Made by a program: the position numbers and the translations under genes
Notes under the pieces: model-generated
Told to the model about the DNA's origin: nothing
The model's input: the letters and a program-made list of their open reading frames with translations, nothing else
Databases searched by the model: none
DNA from: Entomortierella parvispora E1425
Lineage: Eukaryota > Fungi > Mortierellomycota
Direction: 5' to 3'
Assembly (NCBI GenBank): GCA_020891255.1
Contig: BQFW01000015.1
Location: forward strand, 2,294,001-2,358,000
Length of the DNA: 64,000 nt
Shown: positions 13,329 to 25,229 of the stretch, piece after piece
Layout of the letters: each line of letters opens with the position of its first letter
How positions within the stretch are numbered: position 1 is the first letter of the stretch

Positions 13329-15786
13329 ATGTCCTCGCGACCATCAGTCCGCGAGACCATCGCTGCCGCCAGGGCTAGACTCGCTCAGGAACAGGCCAGG
13401 TCAAAGTCGGTTCGAGGAGGCGCCGAGGACGAGCGACAGGCCTTTGTGGGATCCGGCATCCCTGGCGTTAAGAAGAGCGCTCTAGCACAGCGCCGTCAGA
13501 CCGATGTCGAGATTCTGGGGCATGCTCAGAAGTCCATCAAGAGTCTCATTGCAAATGCAAAAGGAAGTGGTAAGGGAGCTCTCCTGATGTTGATCATCTC
13601 TGGTTCATTACGGCTGCATTTGGAGAACAATGCTGCTCAAGACTACCGCGTTTGAATCACCATGCGCATGGTCTTGACTTTTTGTCATCACCTACTTACG
13701 TGGAACGAAACCTTTTCTTTGGCCCTTCCTCTAGGAACCATGAACTTGTCAAGCAGAGATCTGACAGAGGTCCCTCTCGAGATCTGGAATATGTACCACG
13801 TTGATCCAGACAAGATTGTTGTCGATTTCAACTCCAGTGGAAGTGCCTGGTACGATGCTGTGGACCTGACTCGCTTTATTGCAGCAGACAACAAGATTAC
13901 CTTTATTGATGCCAGGATTCAAGAGTTTGGTGCTTTGGTCACCGTCGATGTAAGCTGCCAGAGGATAATATTTTGCCTCGAATTACCTTGACGGTTCCAT
14001 TCTTGTAGTTTTGAAAAAGTAACTGACGCCATTATTTCGCATACACTTGCTACTGCTTTTTTCATCCTTCTTTTTTTCTGTGTTTGCCCACACAGCTCCG
14101 TAACAATGAACTGACTTCATTGCCAGAGGAATTCAGCCAGCTTGGTCGCCTCGCCTCTCTCAACATTTCGTCAAACAAGTTTTCAGAACTTCCTCCAGTC
14201 TTGTTTTCTTTGAACACGCTTATGGACTTGCAGCTCGGCAACAATCAGCTCTCTGGACGTTTGGACTCTGCGATGGGTCAGTTGACCAAGCTAGAGTCAT
14301 TGGATTTGTCTGGAAACCAGTTGACGGAGCTTCCAGGCGAATTGGAGCAACTGAAGGCTATCCGCAAATTGAACTTGAGCAAGAACAAGCTTCAGAGTCT
14401 GCCTGCCAGTGTTTTGGCCCGCATGCCCAAGCTGAACGAGCTCGAGATCTCTCACAACCAGCTGTTTTGTCTCTTTGATGGAGTGGGAGACATTGCTGGA
14501 GGAGACGAGGCCTTTGTTCTCCCTTCGTTGACTCGGTTGGATGCCAGAAACTCTGGAATTGAAAACATTGCGGACATGGACGTCAAGATCAGCCTCCCGG
14601 CTGTGAAGGAGATCCTTCTCGGTCAGAACAACCTCAGCAACCTTGGACAGCTTCTTCTTGGAACCCCGCAACTGTACATGCTGGATATCCGTGCCAACAA
14701 GTTCACTGGATTGCCTTTTGGAGTGCTGGATTTGGCTGAGTTGCGAAACTTTGATATGGCTAGCAACCGGATGGAGCAGATACCTACGGAACTAGGATCC
14801 ATGATCGACCTCACCACATTTGTTTGGGAAGGTAACCCCATCCGTAATGTCCCGCGTAGCACTACCACCACGGATGCCCTGATGAAGCTTTTAAGACAAC
14901 GTCAGGAATTGGACTTTCCAACAGCTGGTAAGGAATACCCCCTTCTTCATCTGCCATTTTTTTTGTAAAACGTGCGCTAACTTTCATTCATTTTCTAGTC
15001 GATACTGCTCGCGTTGAGGCACTCGCTGTGTCTTCCCCATCTGCCACGAGCCCCGCTACATCGCGGTCAATGACGCCTATTCAGCATGGACCTACAGCTT
15101 CCCGCTCGGCTTCCATGTCTGCGCGTACAGCTGCCACACCGCCAACCAATGTCTCTCCCAAGCAGCCAGCCCAGAATTTGAATCTTACCAAGAAGGCACT
15201 CAAGGAAGTCTCCTTGAATGAGATACTGGAAGCCTGTACTGCGCCTCAGGTAGCCGTGCTCGACTTTAACGCTTTCACGACTTTTCCCAAAGCTCTGGAG
15301 GAGGCTGCGGCTATGACCTTGAACAAGATCAGCATTCGCCACAACAAGATTACAGAGTTCCCGTTCACGTTGAGCTTCCCCTTCCTGGTGACCCTGGACA
15401 TTTCTGATAACGCGATTACAACGTTGGGATCTGCTACGGATGAGAGTGGGGCACTGGATCGCTTCCCCAACCTGAACGAGCTCAACCTGACCGCCAATCG
15501 ATTGACAGAGTTGCCCATCTGGTTGCCCAAAGCGTTCCCCAATCTGAAGACTTTGAATGCGAGTCGCAACAAGATTGTGGTTCTGGAGCCAAAGTCACTG
15601 GAGGGCTTGGTATCGGTGGATCTTTCTGGAAACGAGATTGCGACATTGCCGCCACTTTTGGGCAATGTTCGATCGATCAAGACCTTGTCTCTTGACAACA
15701 ACCTGTTCAGAGTTCCAAGACGGCAGATCATGGATCAGGGAACAGAGGCTGTCATGGAGTACCTCAGAGGAAGAATCCCTGTATAA
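13329..15786 (+). CDS. Leucine-rich repeat protein (LRRC40-like)
   Basis: Many LxxLxLxxNxL repeats across exons (LQLGNNQL, LDLSGNQLTEL, LDISDNAIT, VDLSGNEIATLP). AWYDAVDLTRFIAADNKI and terminal GTEAVMEYLRGRIP resemble LRRC40. Confidence 0.75.
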
Positions 15787-15951
15787 AATTTTCTCCGATG
15801 GGTGGATGATAACCATGGTGATATCCATGTCCAAACATATACGTTAATAAAACGAAGCAAATTGCCCCGTATAGCAAATCTCCATGACAGGCGCCAACGC
15901 CGTGTTTTTTGTTGTTTTATTGTTTTTTACTTTTTTTTATCCTAGGCATGC

Positions 15952-16095
15952 TCACACCACAGACCGAAAACGCGACTCACAAAGTGCACTCCCAGTTTCA
16001 AGGTATTCTGCCCTTGATACCAATCGGTTTTTGAACTCGCTGGCAAATTCTTCAGCAGTCGCAAACCGTTTCCCTCCTTTCCATGCATAGCCAGT

Positions 16096-16128
<33 letters not shown>

Positions 16129-17765
16129 GACAAGAGGAAAAAGGTCACCAAGAGGAAAAAATGTCAGCAAAAATGTTTTTTTTTTTAAAACCAACTTCTG
16201 GCGGGAAAAGATGAAAACCACTTACTCTTTGTCAAGACCAACTCTGACCTCATATTCAGAAGGGGCTAATTCTCGAAGTTCGTTCACAATCCTCTTCTTG
16301 AATCCCGGAAGGTTGGCATTGCCGCCGATCAAGACCACATTAGCGTAGAGCATTCCATGGATTTCTATTCAAGATTTTTTTTTTTTGGTGCAAGAGAAAA
16401 GATGATCAATTTGATGCAGTTAGATTATGGCGGAAACGTTTGCAAACTTGAAACAAATTCCACTCTTACCTTCATCACAGGCTGAAATAGCATCAACGAT
16501 GGCCTCTGGTATACCGGCCTGATCCATGCCAATATCGGAGGGGTTGAAAAGGATCTCTGGAACCGTAAATCGTTCATTGTTCATGGGCAAGATCTGCTCC
16601 TCGTCGTCTGCAGGTTCCATCTCTATGTCGCTATCCTCTTCCGACTCACTAGAGCGATCGTCTTCCATATCGTCATTGTCATTGTCTTGTTGGTTGTCCT
16701 CTTGTACCTCTTCATCATTATTTTCGTCCGCTTTGCTCTTTTTCTTTGCTTGTTTTGACTTTGATTGCCCTTTAACATATCCCCGTTGTTGGGTCGAGTA
16801 GTCGGGAAGAACATAATGCTGAATGATCTTGTTGGCGCGCGGTGATTTTCTAGTACAAAAACGGAAAAAATCCAGAACATGAACAACAGCACAGTAGAGT
16901 TTGACAGCACTTCATGAAGGAGGGAAAAAAAATTGCTCGTCAACTTACTTGCAGATATCCAGCTCATCCCAAAACTTGTTCGAGATATAACAACAAGCCT
17001 CCTTGACTTCGTTGACCAAGTAGGTCTCGTCCATCATGTTCCAGTATCGGAAAGAAATGATCTCCTTCAAATGATTTGTCAAGAGCTTGCCCCCGACGTT
17101 GATACGCCGGATGCCCACCAAGATGGGCTTGCCCTTCCAGAACGGGATAATATGAGTAAAAGAATATCCTGAATCGACGACGAGTCCACAGTCAATCCTC
17201 TTCCGGCCACTGGCGAGCTTTTGTCGAAACAGTTTTGGTATATCATTGTACATGGCCATTTGGGGGGCGGACATGCGGGTATAAGAGTGGAATCCATATT
17301 CCTCAAAGACGATCTGATCATAGGTCGGGGAGATGTTGGGGAGGTTGAGTACTGGCTCTGTTATCACGAGTGATGTTGATGATGGGTCGCACTATTGCAG
17401 AGACAAACACAGGCATTGAGTTAGTCAATCCAGCTCTCTCTCTCCTCCGTTTGTATGCAGCCAATTTCGAAAGACAAAAAACAAGAGTATCGACATACTG
17501 GTACGATCTTGCCTGTAAAGAGTCGATCCCATATTTGCTTCTCTACATCCCATCCAGTCAGCAAGCCCTTTTCGAATGGCAGTCGATAGTAAAGGCCAGA
17601 AAAGTCCTTGCAAGCCTCGAGCTGGTCTCCAATAAAGGTTTTTCGCTCTGCCTTGGAACGAGTGATGTTGTTGGGAATGGTCCTGTAGGTCGAGTTTGAA
17701 TCGTCTGCAAAGCCAAACTTGATGGTCGATGCGCCATTGTCGACGACCAGAGTGCGCGGCGCCAT
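15952..17765 (-). CDS. ARP6: Actin-related protein 6 (SWR1 complex)
   Basis: TLVVDNGASTIKFG, YYRLPFEKGLLTGWD, LVVDSGYSFTHIIP, RRINVGGKLLTNHLKEIISFRYWNMMDET, ERFTVPEILFNPSDIG and PTGYAWKGG. Confidence 0.93.
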
Positions 17766-17831
17766 TGTCGACGAGCGAGTTGGGGGATGAATGGAGAGAA
17801 GGAAGAGACAGGAAGAGACGGGAAGCTGTGC

Positions 17832-17834
<3 letters not shown>

Positions 17835-17867
<33 letters not shown>

Positions 17868-17868
17868 G
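17835..17868. repeat. (AGAC)n tetranucleotide microsatellite in the ARP6/exonuclease divergent promoter
   Basis: Seen directly: about 8 units. Confidence 0.9.
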
Positions 17869-18042
17869 GCGGACGCGCTGGGAGAAACATGGAGTGCGCA
17901 CAAACACCGTGGCAAGCGGGCAAAGCCACCGTTGTGATCTCCAAAAGCGGTGCACTGGATCCCGAAGGGGAAATGGATTGTCCCTCCATTCCAAGACTCG
18001 CTACTTTGCTCGGACTCGACTCGCTTGAAGCTGCAGGGATCA

Positions 18043-19983
18043 ATGTGGAAGAGAAGCATCCGCCCGGCCCACTTGCTCTCCAGGACACGGAGCACAAGGT
18101 CCCACGCGTCATGCAGGACCAGACTTAACGACCAATGTTCGGCAGCTGGAACTCAAGCCGCAGGCATGAACGTGCGCCATGCATGGAACTGGGCAAAGAT
18201 CAAGGCCGATCCCAAAAAGCCATTCTTTGCTCAAAGGAGTACCAAGAACACCCCCCACACCGCTGTCATTCTCCTCCGGAATGCAGAGATCCCCATGGTC
18301 CAAAATAGACCGCCGGTGTTTCTACCAGAAACCAGCGAGCAAGGTACAGAAAAGAGCCTGTTGGATTTTTCAGTGAAAAAAAAAGTTGAAAATGAGGATA
18401 TTGTCCTGATCTGTTGACCTCTCTGCTTTTTCATAGTTCAACACGCACTGAACGTGCTCTTGTTCATGTCCGACTTCAACATTGAGCCTCGACCACTGGC
18501 TTTTAATGTCCTGGCATGCTCGTCCACAGGATTGATTCACTACATCCAGATCGCCAACCAACATTTATCCCTGATCCTCCCCACTTACAAAATCACCAAC
18601 AATGGCCGCAACCCTGAGTTGATCCCTCAGCTCTTGAAAACATTTCTATCCTCGGCAGCATACGCCAAAGTTGGATTTGGTGCGTACGAGGATGCGGCGC
18701 GCGTCCAGGAGCAATATGGGATCACCTGTAAAAACCTGCTGGACACACATTGGATGGCAAAGATCATGGGCATTGGATCTTCGAGCGTAGGCATGCTCCA
18801 CAATGTCTTTGGTAATATCCAAGACGATTATATACCCGGCCGACTCTCTATAGGCGACAGTGATGACAGCGACAATAAGAACAACATCAACACTTCTAAT
18901 AATGGCTCTACATCTCTGCTGGGTCAAGTAATCGATCCACGTCGTATGGACTGGGAATCGTTTGGCGATCGTGAGTTTTCCAGCGAGCTGACTCGGTGCA
19001 TTGCTCAGGATGCATTCGTAACCCTGACCACATACGACAATATTGTGGCCAAAAAATTCAAGCCTGGATACCGACCCTTGTTGGAAGATCCAAGCAAATC
19101 TTGTGATTCTGCACGCGACTTTTTATTGACAAATATCCCTCGGGGCACGGTAAGAACTCTCGAGTGATTCATACCTATTCTGTGGATCCTTTGTGTTTAG
19201 TTTTCACTCATGCAACTGCTCTACTGTCTGTTCTTCTGTCTGAAATAGGCCCTCCCCGTTCGATCCATCCACCATCTTCTTAAAGGGCCCTATATGAGCG
19301 GGAACATGGATGCTGTCGAACGAGAAGCACAGGCGCTGGCGCTGGTCAAGTCATTGGTCGAACAGCAGGTCCTTATTCCTGAGCGAGGAGACAGTGCACC
19401 ACTGACGTTCAAAGAACCCTCTATCCTCGGTCGGCGGGTAGCGCTTCCTGGTGTTCGATCCAGCGAAGACCTCTTCAACAATCAACAGACCAAAAAGTTG
19501 GTAGCCCAAGCTTTCAACTGTCGTGTGGACGAGCTACGACTGATGCAGGATTCAGTCATGTCACGGAAACCGGAAAAAATCCAGGACTTGGAGTGCTTCC
19601 TTGGATTGTACGAGTGGCTAGAGTTTTTGCCTGGTGCACACCTCGACGAAGGCGACATTTCTTTAGCCTCGGCGTCCAACTCGCCCATGTCCGAGACAAG
19701 CATGGGATGTGGAAGAAAGGAGGCGACACTGATGGCGCTCTACTTGAACTTTGGTATCATTGCAGAAAGAGCAAAGGCTGAACCGGCAGAGACCCGGCAC
19801 TGGGCCACAGCACGGATACAACGGCTGCTTCAGCAAGGAGTGTTGGTCCGCTCTAGCCATGAGGGTCTTGTCCGCGTCAACCCTTCGCTGCTTCGACAAT
19901 TGAAGAGGATCGAGCCTAGTAGCAACAGAAACAACGGCGCTCGAGAAGTCATGGATAGCAATAAAGTCTCTGTGGCTAATTAG
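18043..19983 (+). CDS. WRN/EXD2-type 3'-5' exonuclease-fold protein with degenerate catalytic motifs; possible mitochondrial presequence
   Basis: LAFNVL..HYIQIA..LIPQLLKTFLSSAAYAKVGFGAYED..MDWE..CIAQDAF aligns with the WRN-exo layout GFDME..ALIQL..LKMLLEN..GVGIEGD..NWS..YAATDA. The N-terminus is Arg/Ser-rich (MWKRSIRPAHLLSRTRSTRS); the start codon is inferred. Confidence 0.7.
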
Positions 19984-20078
19984 ACCTTTTTGATTCTGAA
20001 GATTACCTTCACATGCACTTTACCGATGAAGGGTTTTTTGTGAATGATGGATTGATCCATCACATTAATCCAGTTGGA

Positions 20079-20115
<37 letters not shown>

Positions 20116-21165
20116 AAGAGATAATAAGAATAATTGTCGAGCCAGCAGAGGACACAGTGGTCCCGTTCACCACCAGAGGCAGAGCATGTTATGGGAGAAA
20201 CACGACGTCTATCAATGGGCGTTGCTATGGGCTGATAAGAATCTTTGTTCTTTGCTCACATATCCAATATCGAATGGGCATGGGGTACGCTCATCGTGTT
20301 CTACTTGTGGCATTGGTTGAAGATCTGTCCGATGGACGAATGGCGACTCCTTTTATACCATCGAGAACGGCTCTGGTGGCTTTTTTTGTTTTTGTCTTGG
20401 GGGATGGTGCAGTCACTCCTTGCCTTGACCACCGCGTTGTTGCACAAGGTTCTTGGTTCGCATGCTGCGCCCTTCTTGGATAAACAAGATAGCCCTGGAA
20501 CTGGTGAGCTGTGGGCGCCTCAGGGCCTTGCTAGATTGTGCATGTACAGTCCTCAGGTCGATCAAGCCTCGATCAGCAAAGACCTGCCTGTTTCCTTAAC
20601 AACAGACATTGCGTTGAACCCACATTCCTTCAGACGCCCATCGTGGACCCTCGCTGCCTTTCACTCTGTCTTGACGTGCAGTTGAGAGGGAGTGCCTGTT
20701 GCCTGCCATCATCCTTGGAGAGGGTATCCTGGCAGTCGCCCATCGAACAATCGAACAGCATGCCGTTCCTGCTCCGGTCCGTTCGAAATTCCTGCCTGTC
20801 CCGACTTGGGTCGTTTCTTGAAGAGCGGGATCACCACCGTTTTAAGGGAAGGCCAGGCCATTGCTGACCCGATGAGATTCATGTCGGTTGCGATTGAAAG
20901 ATTCGGTTTCTTGCTCCGAGTGGGTGAGTGAATGAGTGGGTGTAGTCGGCTTGCACCTCTTCCCTTCTCTTTTCTTTATTGACTTTTCTCTGCTCCCCTC
21001 GTTGCATCCCTCGCTTGATCTACGCTACCATCCCCCGCTGACAGACAAGCGCGCTCCTTCTTCTCTTTCCTTTCTCATTTCTCCTTTCTCCTTTCGACCC
21101 TCTTTCCTTTCTTTCTTTCTTTCCTCTAACGTCTCTTTTTTGTAAAACCTCCCTAATAACATACC

Positions 21166-23758
21166 ATGTCGACGAGAACCGCTTTCCGTCCACAGCAGCA
21201 ACAGCCTGGAAAAGCAGCATTGACAAGCTTCACGAAACGTAAACCCGTGAATACGGCCGCTTCTGGCACTCCTTCAACTGCCTCCCCGTCCTCGTCTTTG
21301 TCCTCATCGCCCATCTACTCTCCATCCCCGAGAGCAACAAATGGCGTTGTGTCCTCTCCCCCCCTCACTCCTCCTATTAATATACAGTCTATGGCAACGA
21401 CGATGGATTCACCCGTTGCTGGAGCGACCACGGCTGGACCGGGTCCTACAGTCATGGGCGGGATGGCCAAGACCTACGAAGAGACTCAGAATGAGCTGTT
21501 TGCGAAACTGGAGGCTCTGGCGACGACAATGAACCCTGTGCCAACGAAACCAGCAACAGATTCCATCGTCAGCAGCAGTAGCAGCCACAACAACCACTTT
21601 GGCAGTCATTTGACCGTGGCCAACTATGGCGGGACCAACAATGGTAACAAGATAATCTCCTTCAACAAGCAGCACTCGCCGTCACCAAGTCAATATTCTA
21701 TTCAGCAACACCTCAAGCAGACGCGCGGAGGCAATAGCCACAGCAGTCTCAGCCAGGGATATGGCGGCAATACCAGTAACTACAGCAACAACAGTACATA
21801 CCATGGAGCGTCTTCCACCGCCAGCATGTCTTCATACACCACACCCAAAACACCAGAAAGACCGCGCGAGTAAGGATGGCCTTTTGTTGTTGTTTTTTCT
21901 TGCTTGCCACTGTGGCTATTGTGGCTACTGTGGGAAGCAATCCTTGAATCATCCAGCCCTCTAACTTTCTAATCTTTCCTGATTTTAGACCTCGACGAAG
22001 AATCAACAGTGCTCAATTCAAAACACCTTCGGCTGCAGATATGACTGAGCTTGCCCAGGTGGTTGTCGCGAATGCAACCCCTCCAAAAGTTCCAAACAAG
22101 CTTCGGAAAAGGTAAAACGAGTGCCCATCTTACAAGGAAACAAGTTGAAGGCCACGTATCGTCCTCTAATTATTTTTATTGCCCGTGTAGAGCGAGTACA
22201 TTGAGTCTCACGGCCACGACTTTCCTCCCTCCCGGAAGCCAAAACTCCAGTATGATGGGCTTTACGCCTGCAGGGGCCCAGGATGCGATGGATTACGATT
22301 TCCGTCGACGGTACGAGGCTGCAGTCAAGGAAAGTAAGCAATGGGAGAAAAAGTACTCATCGGCCCAGAATCAGATCCATTACGAGCGAGAGCAGTGGGA
22401 GGCACGCTATGGGGCGCTGGAAAAGGCCTTTAAGGAATTGGAGATGAGCAAGACCGAAGCCAATGTGGACAAGATGAACACGCTTTTGGACACTGTCAAG
22501 GAACTTCAGATCGCAAACGAAGTGTTTCGAAAACAGTTGAAGGATGCAGGAGTGGAACCGGATCCCATGCCAGCTGCCAGTTATCATCCAGAACAGATCT
22601 TGGTCGGCGAGAACCTGGAGAGGACTTTTCTGGAAGAGAATGAGGTCCTCAAGGAAAAGTCGCTGATCACGAACCAAAAGATTGCTTGTCTGTCGACCGA
22701 GATCAGCGTAAGTTGGTGAATGAATGACATCCAAAGAAGAAGGTAAAAAAAAGAAAAAAAAAAAACTGAGACTGACGCGGAATGCTCCTCCATTCTCTAC
22801 ATCATAGAACACCGCGATTGCAATCTCGCAGACGATCAACTATGTCCAACTACGCTATCTGACACAGATGCTCGATGCTGCTGAGCATGTCTCGACTCAG
22901 AAGCGTTCCCGCGCCATGTCAAACACCTTCCTATCAGATATGCTCAGCCGCGGCGTCAAGAAGACACCTGGATCCACTTCAACCACCTTCCAGCCTGCCA
23001 AGCTCACAAGCACTATCGCCACTCAGACTCAGGCCTCGGCTTCCGAGCAACAACAAGAAGTTTTCTTACAACAAAATTTCAGAGGCGCCACCAATGCCGT
23101 CGGGAGTTCTACCTTTCGGCCATCGGAAGCCAAACTGAGCAAGACCTTCTCCTTCAGTTCAAGTCTTTTGAACTTGACAGGGCTAGGAGGCGGACACGGG
23201 GAGGTCGATATGATGTACCGATTGAAGGGTGGCGTCATGGATGATCGCTCTCAATTGTCGGGTCGGACTGGGATCCCACCTGTGATCGTGCAGGATCTGA
23301 AGGGGCGTCCTCCTTCACCAGAGTCCATCGATCGAGTGACCGCGAACAGGAAGACGCCCCCGCAACCTAAATTCCAGTATGCATCCCCGACCACGTCGCA
23401 GCTCAGGATCTTTGTACCGGATGCGTCAAGCCACATGTTTGGTCAAATGACAGCGTCCTCAGTCGGAAGTGGATCACAAACAGGAGGGAGTGTCCACAGT
23501 GCCTCCTCTGAGAGACCATTGAGACTGAGAAGGTCGTCCTCGGATGTCAGTCTGATGATGGTCGGTCAACACCAACAGCCTACCGTAGGGTTGTCGCCCC
23601 AGATGGAGAGGGTGGGAGGCAAGTACCCATACCCTTATGTCCATGCGTCGAGACCACCGAGTCAGAGGAGTACGAGAACAACCTCGAGCAGCCTTCACCG
23701 GACCATGAGCCAACAATTCTTGTCACCTGAGATGGCCTTCTTGTACAGCAAACAGTGA
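21166..23758 (+). CDS. Hypothetical protein: low-complexity Ser/Thr-rich termini with a central coiled-coil
   Basis: Long ORFs (21166-21873, about 22250-22710, 22868-23758) joined by GT-AG introns. Heptad-like segment YEAAVKESKQWEKKY...LLDTVKELQIANEVFRKQL. No family recognised. Confidence 0.7.
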
Positions 23759-24099
23759 TGTTCTTGTCTTGGAGATAATAAACCCTAGTGGTGAAATCCA
23801 GAAATTCCAAAAATTCCAAAAAAGGGGGGTTGGGGGGCTCATCAGCAACGTCTTGGCCACGCGTGTCAACCGCACAATTCAAATCGACAACCGCACGGAC
23901 ACATGGATAGCTGTCGTCGTTGTTTTCAGCGCGTCAAAAGAGCGTGTATCGTTGATCCTAGTTGAACCAAACTGCAGTTGTTTGACCATTGCACAAGAAT
24001 CCTGAATACAACCCTAAGCTCTGTGGAAGGCCGTGTCATGATTTTGTTGTCGTATAACAGTGTGTACCATTACATTCTTGAGACAGAGGACTTGATTAT

Positions 24100-25000
24100 T
24101 TAAACAAATCCATGGGCTATCACGGAATCGTGGGAGCTTTGAAAACGGATATCGACTTTGGAGGGTTGCTGACAGGTCCCCCTGAACAGCTACAATGGAT
24201 GCAATAAAACAAGTGATCAAAAGCGTAGGTTGCCGTGTCGAGTTCCATTCAGGACAAAAAACGAAACCCCTACAGTGGATGTGTGATTGACGGCTCGACG
24301 AGGATCGCGAGTGCACCAATTTACGAGCTAGAGGGGTAGAGCAGAAACACGAAGTGGCCATGTTAGTTACGATCTTACGAATGTCATGGACGTCAGAGTT
24401 ACAAATGGTTGGATGGTTTGAATGGGTAGAATGGACAAATTCGAGAAAGACAAGACCACTATGTTTGTTACAATCGCGTAATTGTCATGGTTGCGTCTTT
24501 GGGCGCAAGGGATTGGTTTAACTTACGGGCTGATTGGATAGAATAATACAATCAGCGAAAGACGCAGTTGAAATCTGGCAATTGTCATGGCTTCGTCGGT
24601 GCAATTGCCGTGTCCTCTTCGTTACGAGCAGTTGGTTTGTATACTTACAGGCTGATCGAGAGACGTTCGAATGTCAAGGACAGTTAGCTGACATTTTTTC
24701 TCTGTCTGTCTTCCTTGGCCCATGGAGGATTGAGACTGTTTCCCGCTTACTTTGCAGAGGTCGTGCACTAAGAAGCTTGGTATCTTGGAAGGGCTCTTGT
24801 TTTGAATGTTCAAGGCAACCACCTTCCACTCCCGACACTACAGCTGACAAAAGAACAATAATGGTTTGCGAGAGGCTTTTTGGAGTGCAGTAGCTCTTTT
24901 TCATTATTTTATTAGGAGGCGATGTTAGAAAGGAAGGGATAAATAATAGGACTGTGCTTGCATAGGGGGGCAAAAGTAGATGGATCGCGATTAATGACAT
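24100..25000 (-). other. Putative spliced transcript with three 3-nt microexons; possible 74-aa peptide or non-coding/UTR splice array
   Basis: Predicted exons 25000-24962, 24837-24751, 24651-24649, 24529-24527, 24327-24325 and 24189-24100. Donors are gcaagc, gtaagc, gtaagt, gtaagt and gtaaat, with branch-like gctaac, gctgat and actaac before three of the acceptors. All introns are phase 0 and the frame stays open. Confidence 0.55.
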
Positions 25001-25229
25001 GCTGGAGAAGGATGATTGAAATAAGACGAGAACGATGCTGGTGACAAAGAACAAGAAAAAGAAGAGAGCCCCTTCTTTTGTTCCTTCTGGTATATAATGA
25101 AAAGAAAACGGACGCTTCTCCTGTCGTTTTCCCTTCGGATATAATTTGGGGCTGGTAAGATCTCCTTCTGTGTCCATGATCGTGGAGGCACAGAGCGGAG
25201 CCTTTTTTTTGGTTGGTGTAGTTATTGAG

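Noticed and set aside
20013-20930. Several 70-156 aa ORFs downstream of the exonuclease gene
   Set aside because: No recognisable domain or consistent splice signals; they overlap a poly(T) tract and promoter-like sequence.
24379-24458. Extra 80-nt exon using the gtaaga donor at 24378
   Set aside because: It would leave a 51-nt intron with the branch site only about 12 nt from the donor, and it breaks the phase-0 frame. I left it out of the main model.
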